DNA of 37,929 nt from Candidatus Hydrogenedentota bacterium (GTDB lineage: Bacteria; Hydrogenedentota; Hydrogenedentia; Hydrogenedentales; GCA-2746185): NCBI GenBank assembly GCA_046583315.1, contig JAYGCN010000209.1, positions 1-37,929 on the forward strand, read 5' to 3'. Made by a program: the position numbers and the translations under genes. Shown piece by piece: positions 18,905 to 28,503 of this stretch (its first letter is position 1; the number at the start of each line of letters is the position of its first letter). The notes under the pieces were generated by a model. That model saw only the letters and a program-made list of their open reading frames with translations, did not search any database and was not told the origin of the DNA.

Positions 18905-20413
18905 GCCCCTATTCGCGGAATCGCCTTCGAAATGCAGGTGATACAACAGCATCCTGGAAAGTCCGCCGAAGCCGATTACTTCAAATGAAGTTCCCTCCTG
19001 CTCTTCGAGCCTGTGCTGGAAGTCCGCTAATAATTCCCAGCGCCAGAAGAGAATCCATACATCTTTCTCCCTTGAGCTGCTCTCGAAAAATTCCGCATTA
19101 AGCTCGATGGGCGATTGAATAACCCTGATTTTCTCGATTTCTAGCGCTGAATTGAACGCCAATCCCTCTCGATTATAGGCCTTATAGGTGTATATCGTTG
19201 CCGATTCACCTGAGATTCCTTCAATGTGTGCCGCGACTCCGGCATAGTCCGGACGGATAGGCTCTCGCAGGGCCGTCAGCTGCCAGGTCATCAGAACGAT
19301 AATCCCGCAGGCGCAAATTGCACGGAGTTTCGGAGAGGAAAGTCGCATGACGAAAGCCGCGACCAATATCGCAAGAGGCATTGAACTCGGCAGCGCGTAT
19401 CGATACACGAAATACGGCTTGAGCAATATCGACATGATGACCAAAACAGTAATCGGCGCGAGCAGCCAGAAGATCAGTAGAACGTATGGCTTCAAATCAG
19501 ATTGCGCGTCCGGAATTTTTCGCCCACGGAATAATTGAATGCCAAAGAGCAGGACCACGTCATAAGACAATGCGGCGATAAGTAAATCGAAATTGAGTCC
19601 CATCGGCATGCGAAGCGAGGGAGACCAATTGGTGAAGCGTCCGCCTGCATACACGACGATAGCGTTGGCCACTTCAAAAACGGTTGGGACAGCGTATTGA
19701 TCTTCGACGAAGCGATCAAATCCACTAGAATAGGCCTGATACACCCAGGCGCAGGTGAAGAGGAACAGCACGATATGAACACTCAGCCATGCAATGAGTA
19801 ACGTGCGCTCTTGGCGAAGGAACAGAACGAGGTACGCCATTTGCGCGAAGAGTATCAGAGCACCAAAAGTATGCGTTGCGATGAGTAACACGTTGACCAC
19901 AACATGTGCTATCCAATAGAGACTTCGTGAATTTTCACAACCGCGCACAAAGGTGTAAACAGAAAGAATCGACAACAAATACATGAACGCGTACATGCGT
20001 GCCTCGATCGAAAAATTGATGTTCGACAAAGAGAGCACGCAGAACAGCATTGCAAGTAGGCCTGTGTGATGATCGAATAAATGCCGGCCCAACACGTACA
20101 CCATAAGAAGCGCGCCCATCGCAAAGAAAAGCGAAAGCTCTCGCGTGGCCAGCACTGACGTATCGATCAGCTGCGCCCAGAAATATTGCATGCAAAAATA
20201 GAGTGGAGCCACCATCGTTGGAGGATAATACGCGTTCTGGGCTTCCCAATACGTGGTGAAATCCGGGGCATCCACAGCGTTCATCGCCAGGAGTTCGTCA
20301 TAATAGGCCGACTCGTCGAGCACCGAGATACGAAGACAAAGACCTATCAACAACACCAGGAGTACCGCTCCCAATGCCCGCCAATCGCGCCTGGAAGTCG
20401 ATTCGCTACTCAT
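18893..20413 (-). CDS. GT-C fold membrane glycosyltransferase (PMT/ArnT-like)
   Basis: LR..LDESAYYDE, APLYF, RELS, SIEARMY, TH.FG, YFVYRYALP; many TMs. Confidence 0.82.
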   Translation of the reverse strand: MSSESTSRRDWRALGAVLLVLLIGLCLRISVLDESAYYDELLAMNAVDAPDFTTYWEAQNAYYPPTMVAPLYFCMQYFWAQLIDTSVLATRELSLFFAMGALLMVYVLGRHLFDHHTGLLAMLFCVLSLSNINFSIEARMYAFMYLLSILSVYTFVRGCENSRSLYWIAHVVVNVLLIATHTFGALILFAQMAYLVLFLRQERTLLIAWLSVHIVLFLFTCAWVYQAYSSGFDRFVEDQYAVPTVFEVANAIVVYAGGRFTNWSPSLRMPMGLNFDLLIAALSYDVVLLFGIQLFRGRKIPDAQSDLKPYVLLIFWLLAPITVLVIMSILLKPYFVYRYALPSSMPLAILVAAFVMRLSSPKLRAICACGIIVLMTWQLTALREPIRPDYAGVAAHIEGISGESATIYTYKAYNREGLAFNSALEIEKIRVIQSPIELNAEFFESSSREKDVWILFWRWELLADFQHRLEEQEGTSFEVIGFGGLSRMLLYHLHFEGDSANRGSAA

Positions 20414-20968
20414 TGCGATCCGGGGCTTTCTCAAAAACGAACAGGTGATTCAAGCCGAATTCAAAGGTGCTCGCATGTTCCAAGGTTAGGCCCGTGGCCA
20501 AAAAAAATCCGGTGTCGTTCGGGGATCAAAACCGTGGTGCTCTTCCAATGACATACCGTCGACCAATCGCAAGAAGCGGAGTATCGCGAGTATGGTATCA
20601 ACCCGTTGTGAGGGTACGGTTACAATGATTCGACCACCGGGTTCGAGAAACCGAATGCATGCATCGGCGAAGGCTTCTTTATCCGTTGGTGGAACATGTT
20701 CGAACACGGCGAGCGCGACGATGGCATCGAAACGTTCACTCTTAACCGGCATATCGTCGGGGAAAATACCTTTTTCAAATTGAAACTGGGATGACGATTC
20801 TGAACCCTCGAAAAGTGGGTCCAATCCTACACCCGACGTGATCGCGGGAATTTGTTCGAATAACTCGCCTTGATGGCACCCGATGTCGAGCACATGGGCA
20901 TCATCCACAATAAACGGCTGCGCAGCGCGTATGCGGTACCATTGAATAAAGGAGTCCAGACGTTTGAT
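20406..20968 (-). pseudogene. Class I SAM-dependent methyltransferase, disrupted (start ATG>ATC; frameshift in A8 tract)
   Basis: VLDIGC, FDAIVALAVFEH, LEPGG. The frame extends upstream to ATC AAA CGT CTG GAC (20968). Adding one T in the T8 run (20500-20507) gives ...FEFGLNHLFVFEKAPDRNE-stop at 20406. Confidence 0.8.
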
Positions 20969-22203
20969 CGTCCGCCGACAAAGGTGTCAACGGGCGCGTC
21001 CTGGGTTTCCATGTTCAATATGCTCAGGAAAAAACTGCTGAAAATGAGTTGGCTACCCAATCCCAGGCCCAATGTACTTGGAATGATGATACGCATGATG
21101 ACAACCGGATCGAGCGGCCCCAGTGCTTCCGAATTCCAGATTCCCACCGATGCAAGTGCGCCGCCGAGACCTAAGAGAAATAGTGTGACACCCAACGCCA
21201 GCCCGGTTTCCAGATTCCACACCTTGAGTGCGCGCATATACCGCGGTTCTTTGGGGATGAAACCCGTTCGCAAGGCATAAACGCGTGTCATCAGCGCAAA
21301 GAGTACGGCGTTGAAACCGATCATGACGGCGGTAGCGGCATAGACCAGGGAGTGGATATCGAATGTGACGCCGCCGACCGTGCGCGCCCCGGGCAACAGC
21401 AGAGCACCTGCCGGCAGCCCTACGATCATGAAGAAGAGTCCCGGATAGAAAAATAACCAGCGCGGACAGAACATTAATAAGAAGCGCAGGTGTCGCCATC
21501 CGTCACGCCAACTGCGCAAATGTGGCGCACGATCACGTCCATCGGGAAACAACTTCGTGGGTACTTCGGTCACTTTCATCTCGTGCAGATTCGCCTTCAC
21601 AACCATCTCGCTGGCGAATTCCATGCCGGTCGAGCGTAGATCCATTCGTTTTACGGCATCTCTAGTAAAGCCTCGAAGTCCGCAATGAAAATCTCTTGCC
21701 GGTGTCTTGAAAAATAGTTTGCCAATCGCCGATAGGACAGGGTTTCCCAAATAGCGATGCAACGGAGGCATTGCGCCGGGTTCAATGCCACCTAAAAACC
21801 GATTGCCCATCACAAGATCATAGCCCTCTCGTAGTTGCTCTACGAAGGGCATCAAATTGGATAGGTCATAACTATCATCTGAGTCAGCCATCATCAGAAA
21901 ACGCCCATGCGCAGCAGCAATCCCCCCGCGTAACGCACTGCCGTAGCCCTTTTGCTCGACATCGATGACTCGGGCCCCCGATTTTCGAGCCAGATCTTGC
22001 GAACCATCGGTGCTGCCATTGTCCGCGATCACGACCTCGCCGATTACCCCTCCGTCATGCAGAGATTTGAGCGCCTTCTGAATGCAGATCTCTATCGTTT
22101 TCGCTTCGTTTAAACAGGGAAGCACTACCGAGACTTCGATGGCCTCGGCATCCGACTCCGGCACGATCGCTTTGAGCGCATTAGAGCTTGTATAAGTCGC
22201 CAT
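20827..22203 (-). CDS. GT2 glycosyltransferase (polyprenol-phosphate glycosyltransferase-like) with C-terminal TMs; apparent stop loss
   Basis: SVVLPCLNE, DNGSTDGS, GYGSAL, MADSDDSYD, GNRF, DFHCGLR, GMEFASE, SWRDGWRHL; ATG 22203 with GGAG; the natural end is probably 20965. Confidence 0.9.
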   Translation of the reverse strand: MATYTSSNALKAIVPESDAEAIEVSVVLPCLNEAKTIEICIQKALKSLHDGGVIGEVVIADNGSTDGSQDLARKSGARVIDVEQKGYGSALRGGIAAAHGRFLMMADSDDSYDLSNLMPFVEQLREGYDLVMGNRFLGGIEPGAMPPLHRYLGNPVLSAIGKLFFKTPARDFHCGLRGFTRDAVKRMDLRSTGMEFASEMVVKANLHEMKVTEVPTKLFPDGRDRAPHLRSWRDGWRHLRFLLMFCPRWLFFYPGLFFMIVGLPAGALLLPGARTVGGVTFDIHSLVYAATAVMIGFNAVLFALMTRVYALRTGFIPKEPRYMRALKVWNLETGLALGVTLFLLGLGGALASVGIWNSEALGPLDPVVIMRIIIPSTLGLGLGSQLIFSSFFLSILNMETQDAPVDTFVGGRSNVWTPLFNGTAYALRSRLLWMMPMCSTSGAIKASYSNKFPRSRRV

Positions 22204-23677
22204 ATTTTGACTCCAGGTAGCGCATGTACGGTTCAGCAGTAGGCGCACTTCCGCTCGCGTCCTCGACGATTTCCGAGGCCAGCTTTCGACGCCCTACTTC
22301 GTGCACATGCTTTCGCAGCCAGTTCAATAATCCCTGAAAATTCCCTGCTTCAACATCCGCCCAGAGTTGCGGCAGATCGGCCTCAATCTTTTCGAATAGC
22401 TGGGCGGCATAGAGATTGCCCAGCGCATAGGTCGGAAAATATCCCATCGACCCGTGCGACCAATGAATGTCCTGCAGGCAGCCTTCTGCGTCGGAGGGCA
22501 CATCGAGCCCGAGATAGTCCTTCATTTTCTCATTCCAAATCTCGGGGAGATCCCCCACTTTCAGATCGCCTTCAATCAAGGCCAATTCAATCTCGAACCG
22601 CAGAATGATATGGAGGTTATAAGTGCATTCGTCGGCCTCAACTCGAATCAGCGAAGGTTTGACCTCATTAATCGCGCGATAGAGATCGTTCGCCGAGACT
22701 TTTTCCAGTTGACCGGGATACCGATCTTTGATGGAAGATTCGTAATGTTTCCAGAACGGCAGGCTGCGCCCTATCATGTTCTCCCACATGCGCGATTGGC
22801 TCTCGTGGATGCCCAGGGAGGCCGCCTGCCCAAGGATGGTACGCTGGTCCCCAGGAAGGAACCCTTGTTCATAGAGCGCGTGACCCCCTTCGTGAATAGA
22901 GCCCGTCAACGCGGAAAACAGCTCGCGTTCATGCACACGCGTCGTAATGCGCACGTCGTTCACGTCGAAATTGGTCGTGAAAGGATGTATCGACTTATCC
23001 TGTCGTCCCGCGTCGAAGTCGTAGCCCATATCGCGCAACACTTCGAGCGTGAAATCCCACTGAGCCCCTTCGTCCCAGAGCTGATCGGTCCACTCGACAT
23101 TCGGTTGATCGGAAGATCCCATAATTTTTTCGATTAGTACGCTCTGTCGATCGGCAAGATCCGTGAAGATGGGCTTGATTTGCTCGGCGGTCATGCCCCG
23201 CTCATATTCGGAGAGCAGCGCGTTGTAGGGCGTGCCTTCATAACCCAAGAAATCCGCTTTTTGACGCAACAGATCGACCAAGGTCGCAAGATGCGGCTGA
23301 AACAGTCCGAAATCGCTATTTTCTCGTGCCTCGATCCACGCCTGATACGCCAAATTCTGTTTTTCGGCGAATGTGATGACGTAGGACTCAGGAAGTTTCG
23401 TGGCCAGCGCGTAATCGTGATCTATTTCGCGCACCGTGAGCGCGTCATCACCGGAGAGCGACTCCGCCTTCAATTCCGCAAGCGCCTCACCTATCGAGGC
23501 GTCCGTGAGCATGCGATGCGCGATTCCAGACATCGTGGCCAGTTGTTGACCCCGTGCTGAAGCGGCCTTGGGCGGCATAAAGACTTCCAGATCCCAGTGC
23601 ATCAGTGAAAGCACGGAATGGATATCAATTATCTTCGCGAAGTCTTCACGAAGTGTTTCAAGTCGTGCATGGGCCAC
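22181..23677 (-). CDS. Carboxypeptidase, M32 (Taq) family
   Basis: HPF, DVRITTR, HEGGHALYEQG, HESQS, IRVEADE, GCLQDIHW, GYFPTYALGN; GTG 23677 with AGGGGG. Confidence 0.95.
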   Translation of the reverse strand: MAHARLETLREDFAKIIDIHSVLSLMHWDLEVFMPPKAASARGQQLATMSGIAHRMLTDASIGEALAELKAESLSGDDALTVREIDHDYALATKLPESYVITFAEKQNLAYQAWIEARENSDFGLFQPHLATLVDLLRQKADFLGYEGTPYNALLSEYERGMTAEQIKPIFTDLADRQSVLIEKIMGSSDQPNVEWTDQLWDEGAQWDFTLEVLRDMGYDFDAGRQDKSIHPFTTNFDVNDVRITTRVHERELFSALTGSIHEGGHALYEQGFLPGDQRTILGQAASLGIHESQSRMWENMIGRSLPFWKHYESSIKDRYPGQLEKVSANDLYRAINEVKPSLIRVEADECTYNLHIILRFEIELALIEGDLKVGDLPEIWNEKMKDYLGLDVPSDAEGCLQDIHWSHGSMGYFPTYALGNLYAAQLFEKIEADLPQLWADVEAGNFQGLLNWLRKHVHEVGRRKLASEIVEDASGSAPTAEPYMRYLESKYGDLYKL

Positions 23678-23707
23678 CGTCAATCCCCCTGTACCCTTCA
23701 CAATGGA

Positions 23708-24415
23708 CTACGCACTCTCCCGAATACGCTCATCCTCTTCAATCAATTCTTTTAGGTCTGGCTCGATGCTCTCGTCCTTGGCAGGTTTGAAATTAAAAAT
23801 AAGAAAACCGAGATTGGACCCGATAAGCCCTGCAGCGAGCAATCCAAACCAGGAGAGACTCGTCTCTGTGCCGGCAGCGCTGTAGGAATCGAGTGCGATC
23901 GCCAGGTACATCCCCGAGACGATGACGGCGACACCGGATGCGAGACCGTCCATATTGTCGATGCCATTAAATGCACTTGTGACACCGACGATCCATAAGA
24001 ACGTCAATGCCAGATTCAGATAGTAGTTATCGAAGAGATCGAGGCGAACGCCAAAGGAAGACATAACCAGGGTCGCGGCAATCAATGCGCCGAATTTGAG
24101 TACGGCCGGAACACCTCCGCGAATGTCGTCGAGCGCGCCCACCATGAGACAGATAAACGAACCGATGAGAACACCCATCATCGGATTGTCGCGATAATTT
24201 GGAAAGACGACTGCAATCGCAAAGGCAATAAATATTACGATGCCCCCGCCACGTGGGACAGGTTTCGTATGAATCTTCTCGGCGCTTGGCGCATCCATCA
24301 CATTGAATCGTCTGAGTAGATGAATGGCCATCGGCATCATCGCAGCGGATAGCACGAAAGCCATGAGGCCCGTATAGATATACAAGGTAGGCCACGGAGG
24401 TAATGAACTATACAT
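23708..24415 (-). pseudogene. WecA/TagO (MraY-like) polyprenyl-phosphate HexNAc-1-P transferase, internally deleted
   Basis: KIH..PVPRGGG, GALDD, NGIDNMDGL and FNFKPAK are present, but the following FMGDxG motif and the C-terminal TMs are absent (235 aa). Confidence 0.8.
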
Positions 24416-25440
24416 CCTTATCCTGCTCCTCGAAAAACCGTTGGACACACTGCGCGACGTGGTTCACATCTGCGTCAGTCATTCCAGGGTGTATCGGAAG
24501 CGATAAAGCCTCGGCATGCGCTCGGTCCGCGACCGGATAGCGTTCTTGCAAACGCACGCGCGCATTTTTCTTTTCCCCCGAAAAGTACTGATGCGCAGGG
24601 AGGTAGACCGGGCGTTTCGCCTCTACCCCCTGAGCGTACAGATATCGTTCCATTGCAACCCTCGCCTTACTTAGAACGACGTATCTGAAAAATACGTGTT
24701 CCCCCGACTCTGGCAACACCAGAGGTACTTCTCGAAGAGTATCAGAATACTGAAGCGAAATGTCACGTCTACGCGCAAGAAATCCGGATAATTTTTGAAG
24801 TTGGACACGACCCATCGCCGCTTGCATGTCAGTCATCTTATACGGGAAATGTTGCGCCAAGGTGTCTCGATTATCGTAGTCACGTCGGTCGCGAAGGTGT
24901 TCCGCAAGCCCTTCGTCATCGCACAGGACCATGCCACCTTCCCCGGCGTGATGAGCTTGGTGGCATAGAATGAGGCAATCGCCAGCGTAGAAGCCCTGCC
25001 AGTAGGGCCTCCAATGGATTGTGCGATATCTTCGATTACATGCGAGGTATTCGTGAGTGCCGCTGTTTTCCCAAAAAGATGTGGCACGATTGAAACATCT
25101 ACGTCATCTGGAATTTGCGTCGTATCAAGATTGAAATCGTCACCTATGTCAGCGATAATGACACGGAATTGTTCATCTGGATCGAGGTCAGTAGGGACGC
25201 GCACGCGTAACTCGGAAACGAAACAGTACTTTCCGCGCTGAGACCGAGCGCATTAAGTGCCAAATGCAACCCGGAAGTAGCGCTGCTCACCGCAATGCCG
25301 TACTGCCGACCGACCCGTTCAGCCGTTTCGTGTTCAAACGTCTCGACCTCCGCACCTTGCGCAATATTTCCAGAGAGAATGACCTTCGATACAGCCTCCG
25401 CTTCTTCAGTGCCTATGGTCGGTTGACTGTGTCGAATCAT
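24408..25440 (-). pseudogene. DegT/DnrJ/EryC1/StrS aminotransferase split by two frameshifts
   Basis: Three successive frames: MIRHSQPTIG..SSATSGLHLAL..PSYAC / VIIADI..PHLFG..IEDIAQS..SFYATKLIT / GEGGMV..YKMTDMQAAMG..LSLPIHP. Confidence 0.88.
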
Positions 25441-26123
25441 GAAGTGCCGCCGAGCAATACATCGAGCGAATCCGGCCCGCAATTCATCATGAGATCGATT
25501 ACTGACAAGTCGCCTACAAAGTTGCCGTGCTGTTGTCTGTACACCGGAGATACCCATTTCTGGATCGCCAAACCGATACCGCGCCCGGCAAGATAGTCTG
25601 CGTCCAGGTACGCATCCAACGCGAACGCGCCGCTGTAATACAAATCACCGCCCACCGCCTCGATAAGATTCGCGAGTCGTTCGGTTGCTTCACCTGGCAC
25701 GTTGAGCTCGGAGGAATAGTTGATCAGTGTGGCGATACCCAGTTCTGCAACATAGAATTGCAGCATGTGTCGATTCAACGTATTCAGGTGTGTCCACTCG
25801 CGTGAATAAGTATCACGAAGTGCCGGAGCATAGCGATCAAAATACGGCGCCTTGGAATACGCCTGTTCGATGCTAAGCCAATGCTTGCGCCGCCACGATC
25901 CGTTTCCCGCAATTCGCACCTCGTCAAGGGTGTGATCCAATGTCGCACTCACCGGTACAGTCAGCAACGTAGCCCCCTGCGTTGATTTGATCTTGTTACG
26001 ATTTTGCCAGCCGTTTTTGTTGTACTGAATCGTGTCAAGAACAACAAACGCGTCACACCGCGCAATCTTTTCAATGTACCGCAACCATGGAAGGTAATGA
26101 AGTTGGTGAATTCCGACCAGCAT
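25437..26123 (-). CDS. WbqC-family protein
   Basis: IHQLHYLPW, D.FVVLD..QY.K.GWQNRNKI, LTVP, YSKAPYF, YRQ, LSVIDLMMNCG. Confidence 0.9.
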   Translation of the reverse strand: MLVGIHQLHYLPWLRYIEKIARCDAFVVLDTIQYNKNGWQNRNKIKSTQGATLLTVPVSATLDHTLDEVRIAGNGSWRRKHWLSIEQAYSKAPYFDRYAPALRDTYSREWTHLNTLNRHMLQFYVAELGIATLINYSSELNVPGEATERLANLIEAVGGDLYYSGAFALDAYLDADYLAGRGIGLAIQKWVSPVYRQQHGNFVGDLSVIDLMMNCGPDSLDVLLGGTS

Positions 26124-26204
26124 GAAATAGTCTGTCCGTGTGCAAAGCGTTCGAGGCGCGATAGTACCAGATTGACAGGAAGAGGAAACGAACCGTCCTG
26201 CTAC

Positions 26205-26399
26205 CTAGCGAATGTCCGCCTCAAACCAGCGTAACAGACCTACCACCCCTTTTGCCTGACGTAGCATCGTGGCTTTTAATCCCCGATCACGAAGCTTTTC
26301 CTTGGCATCTTTGCGGGATTGAGCAACGACGACACCGCCAATAAAGGACTTCTCGTCGTCACCTTCCGCGCGGATTGCATGATACTCGTATGTCGGCAT
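26205..26399 (-). CDS. Small protein resembling the N-terminal domain of PilC/GspF
   Basis: MPTYEYHA...G.VVAQSRKDAKEKLRDRGL; strong GAGGAG RBS. Confidence 0.65.
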   Translation of the reverse strand: MPTYEYHAIRAEGDDEKSFIGGVVVAQSRKDAKEKLRDRGLKATMLRQAKGVVGLLRWFEADIR

Positions 26400-26494
26400 A
26401 CGTGAAACTCCTCTTCACTCTGTCAATAATGACTGAGCACAACCATAGTTTAGCACGGTTTTAATGGGATTTGGCAAATTTCTCCGGGAAATTC

Positions 26495-27523
26495 CTATGA
26501 AAGTATCTCCAGGAGAGTCTCAACGGCCCGATCCGTGTCCGCATCCGAAATATCGAGATGAAAGACTGCTCGAATTCGCACCGGTCCGGTGGTGAGGATT
26601 CGAAGGCCTTCTTCCTGCGCCTGTGCGACCACACCTTGGGCATCGGGTACTTCAAAGAATACGATATTGGTCGCGGTTTCTTCAGGAAAATGAATATTGG
26701 GAACACCGAGCAAGGCTTCTCGAAATCGTCGCGCATTCGCATGATCTTCAGCGAGTCGATGAACATGATTCTCCAGCGCATAGAGTGCGGCCGCCGCGAG
26801 AATCCCAGCCTGACGCATCCCGCCACCCAACATTTTTCGATGGCGATACGCGCGCGCGATGGTGTCTTTTGTTCCGGCAAGAATCGAGCCCACCGGAGCA
26901 CCCAGTCCCTTCGAAAAGCAGCAGGTTATCGTATCCGTATAGCACCCGTAGGCATCGGGATCGACTTCCTCCGCAACACACGCATTCATGATACGCGCGC
27001 CGTCGCAGTGTAAGGCCACGCCCGCTCCCCGTGTCAGATCGTACAAGCTGGAGAACTCTTCGACGCTGTAGGTATTCCCGCCGCCCATGTTCGTGGTATT
27101 TTCGATCGATACTATCGCGGGTTGCGAGAAATGGGGATTGTCGCTTTTGGACAAATAGGTTTTCACTACCTCCGGCGAAAGTTTTCCGCTCGCGCCGGGC
27201 AACAATCGCGTCATCAATCCGCCAAACGCCGCCAAGTTACCGCCTTCAAAATTGTAGGCATGACCCGACTCGTGAATCACCACCGTCTCCCCCGGACTCG
27301 ACTGAGCAAGTAATCCAAGCAGATTGGCCATGGTCCCGCTGGGCACGAAGAGTGCCGCTTCCTTGCCGAACAGCGTTGCACAGCGGTCCTGCAATGCGTT
27401 CACGGTGGGATCTTCACCGAATACATCGTCCCCCACCACTGCCGATGCCATGGCCTCACGCATTGCTGCCGTCGGCTGCGTCACGGTATCGCTTCGAAGA
27501 TCGATTATTTCGGATATACTCAT
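26495..27523 (-). CDS. ltaE: Low-specificity L-threonine aldolase
   Basis: [60 protein letters not shown] 27523. Confidence 0.95.
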   Translation of the reverse strand: MSISEIIDLRSDTVTQPTAAMREAMASAVVGDDVFGEDPTVNALQDRCATLFGKEAALFVPSGTMANLLGLLAQSSPGETVVIHESGHAYNFEGGNLAAFGGLMTRLLPGASGKLSPEVVKTYLSKSDNPHFSQPAIVSIENTTNMGGGNTYSVEEFSSLYDLTRGAGVALHCDGARIMNACVAEEVDPDAYGCYTDTITCCFSKGLGAPVGSILAGTKDTIARAYRHRKMLGGGMRQAGILAAAALYALENHVHRLAEDHANARRFREALLGVPNIHFPEETATNIVFFEVPDAQGVVAQAQEEGLRILTTGPVRIRAVFHLDISDADTDRAVETLLEILS

Positions 27524-27607
27524 AAATTCCCCTACACTTTCGCCTAAAAGTATATTATACTCCACCGCAAAACCGATCAATAGGCCATACCTTTAGGAGA
27601 CGAATCG

Positions 27608-28438
27608 ATGAAGGGTAAAACATGCATCGTGACCGGCGCCAACTCCGGCATCGGAAGAGCTACAGCACTCGGACTTGCCACGCGAGGCGCACATGTAATA
27701 ATGGCCTGCCGCGATATACATCGGAGTGCTGCCGCGCAGGAAGCCATTAAACGAGAGAGCGGCTCGGACTTGGTTGATCTGATGGAGCTTGACCTGAGTT
27801 CGATGGAAAATATCCGTAGTTTCGCCAAGGCCTTTCTCGATAAATACGATCGTCTTGACGTGCTTCTGAACAATGCCGCGGTCGTGCCCAGCATACGCAA
27901 AGTGACCGAGGACGGCTACGAGGCCCAAATCGGTGTGAACCATCTGGGGCACTTCTTGCTTACAAACTTACTTCTGGAACGATTGAAGTCTTCCGCGCCC
28001 TCACGTGTTGTCACGGTTTCGTCGGTCATGCATGTCCAGAGCGAAATAGATTTTGACAACCTGCAATCCGAAAATGGGTATAAGACGATGGACGCATACA
28101 AGCAGTCGAAACTTGCAAATGTGCTGTTCAGCATGGAGTTGGCCAGGCGTCTTGAAGGAACGGGTGTCACAAGTAACTGTCTGCATCCCGGAGTCGTGAA
28201 CACCGGAATCATGCGCGACCTACCCTTTGTTCTCCAACCCTTATTGAAAATAGCGGGACTCTTTATGTTACAGCCGTCAAGCGGCGCGGAAACCAGCCTC
28301 TATGTCGCGACCGCTCCGGAACTGGAGGAGGTCACGGGTCGCTATTTCGACAAATCGAAAGAGCGAAGTTGCTCCAGCAAAGGTCGCGACGAAGAAGTTG
28401 CCAAGCGTCTGTGGGAAGTTAGCGAAACTCTTTGTTGA
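27608..28438 (+). CDS. SDR oxidoreductase (retinol dehydrogenase/WWOX-like)
   Basis: TGANSGIG, LDLSS, NNA, NHLGHFLLT, YKQSK, HPGVVNT. Confidence 0.93.
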   Translation: MKGKTCIVTGANSGIGRATALGLATRGAHVIMACRDIHRSAAAQEAIKRESGSDLVDLMELDLSSMENIRSFAKAFLDKYDRLDVLLNNAAVVPSIRKVTEDGYEAQIGVNHLGHFLLTNLLLERLKSSAPSRVVTVSSVMHVQSEIDFDNLQSENGYKTMDAYKQSKLANVLFSMELARRLEGTGVTSNCLHPGVVNTGIMRDLPFVLQPLLKIAGLFMLQPSSGAETSLYVATAPELEEVTGRYFDKSKERSCSSKGRDEEVAKRLWEVSETLC

Positions 28439-28443
28439 TTGGC

Positions 28444-28475
28444 AAAAAAACGTCGCACAGTAGTCTGTGCCGACG
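28444..28475 (-). terminator. Putative intrinsic terminator of gltBD
   Basis: Hairpin CGTCGCACAG-TAGT-CTGTGCCGACG preceded by A7 on + (U-tract on -), between convergent genes. Confidence 0.6.
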
Positions 28476-28503
28476 GTAAAGTCTCGATTTTTTAATGCGC
28501 TGA

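Noticed and set aside
20827..20964. GT2 C-terminal extension as a real domain or GT2-methyltransferase fusion
   Set aside because: It is out of frame with the methyltransferase and is explained by the lost stop at 20965-20967
27577..28212. Minus-strand ORFs opposite the SDR
   Set aside because: Antisense open frames are a familiar by-product of SDR codon patterns; no independent evidence
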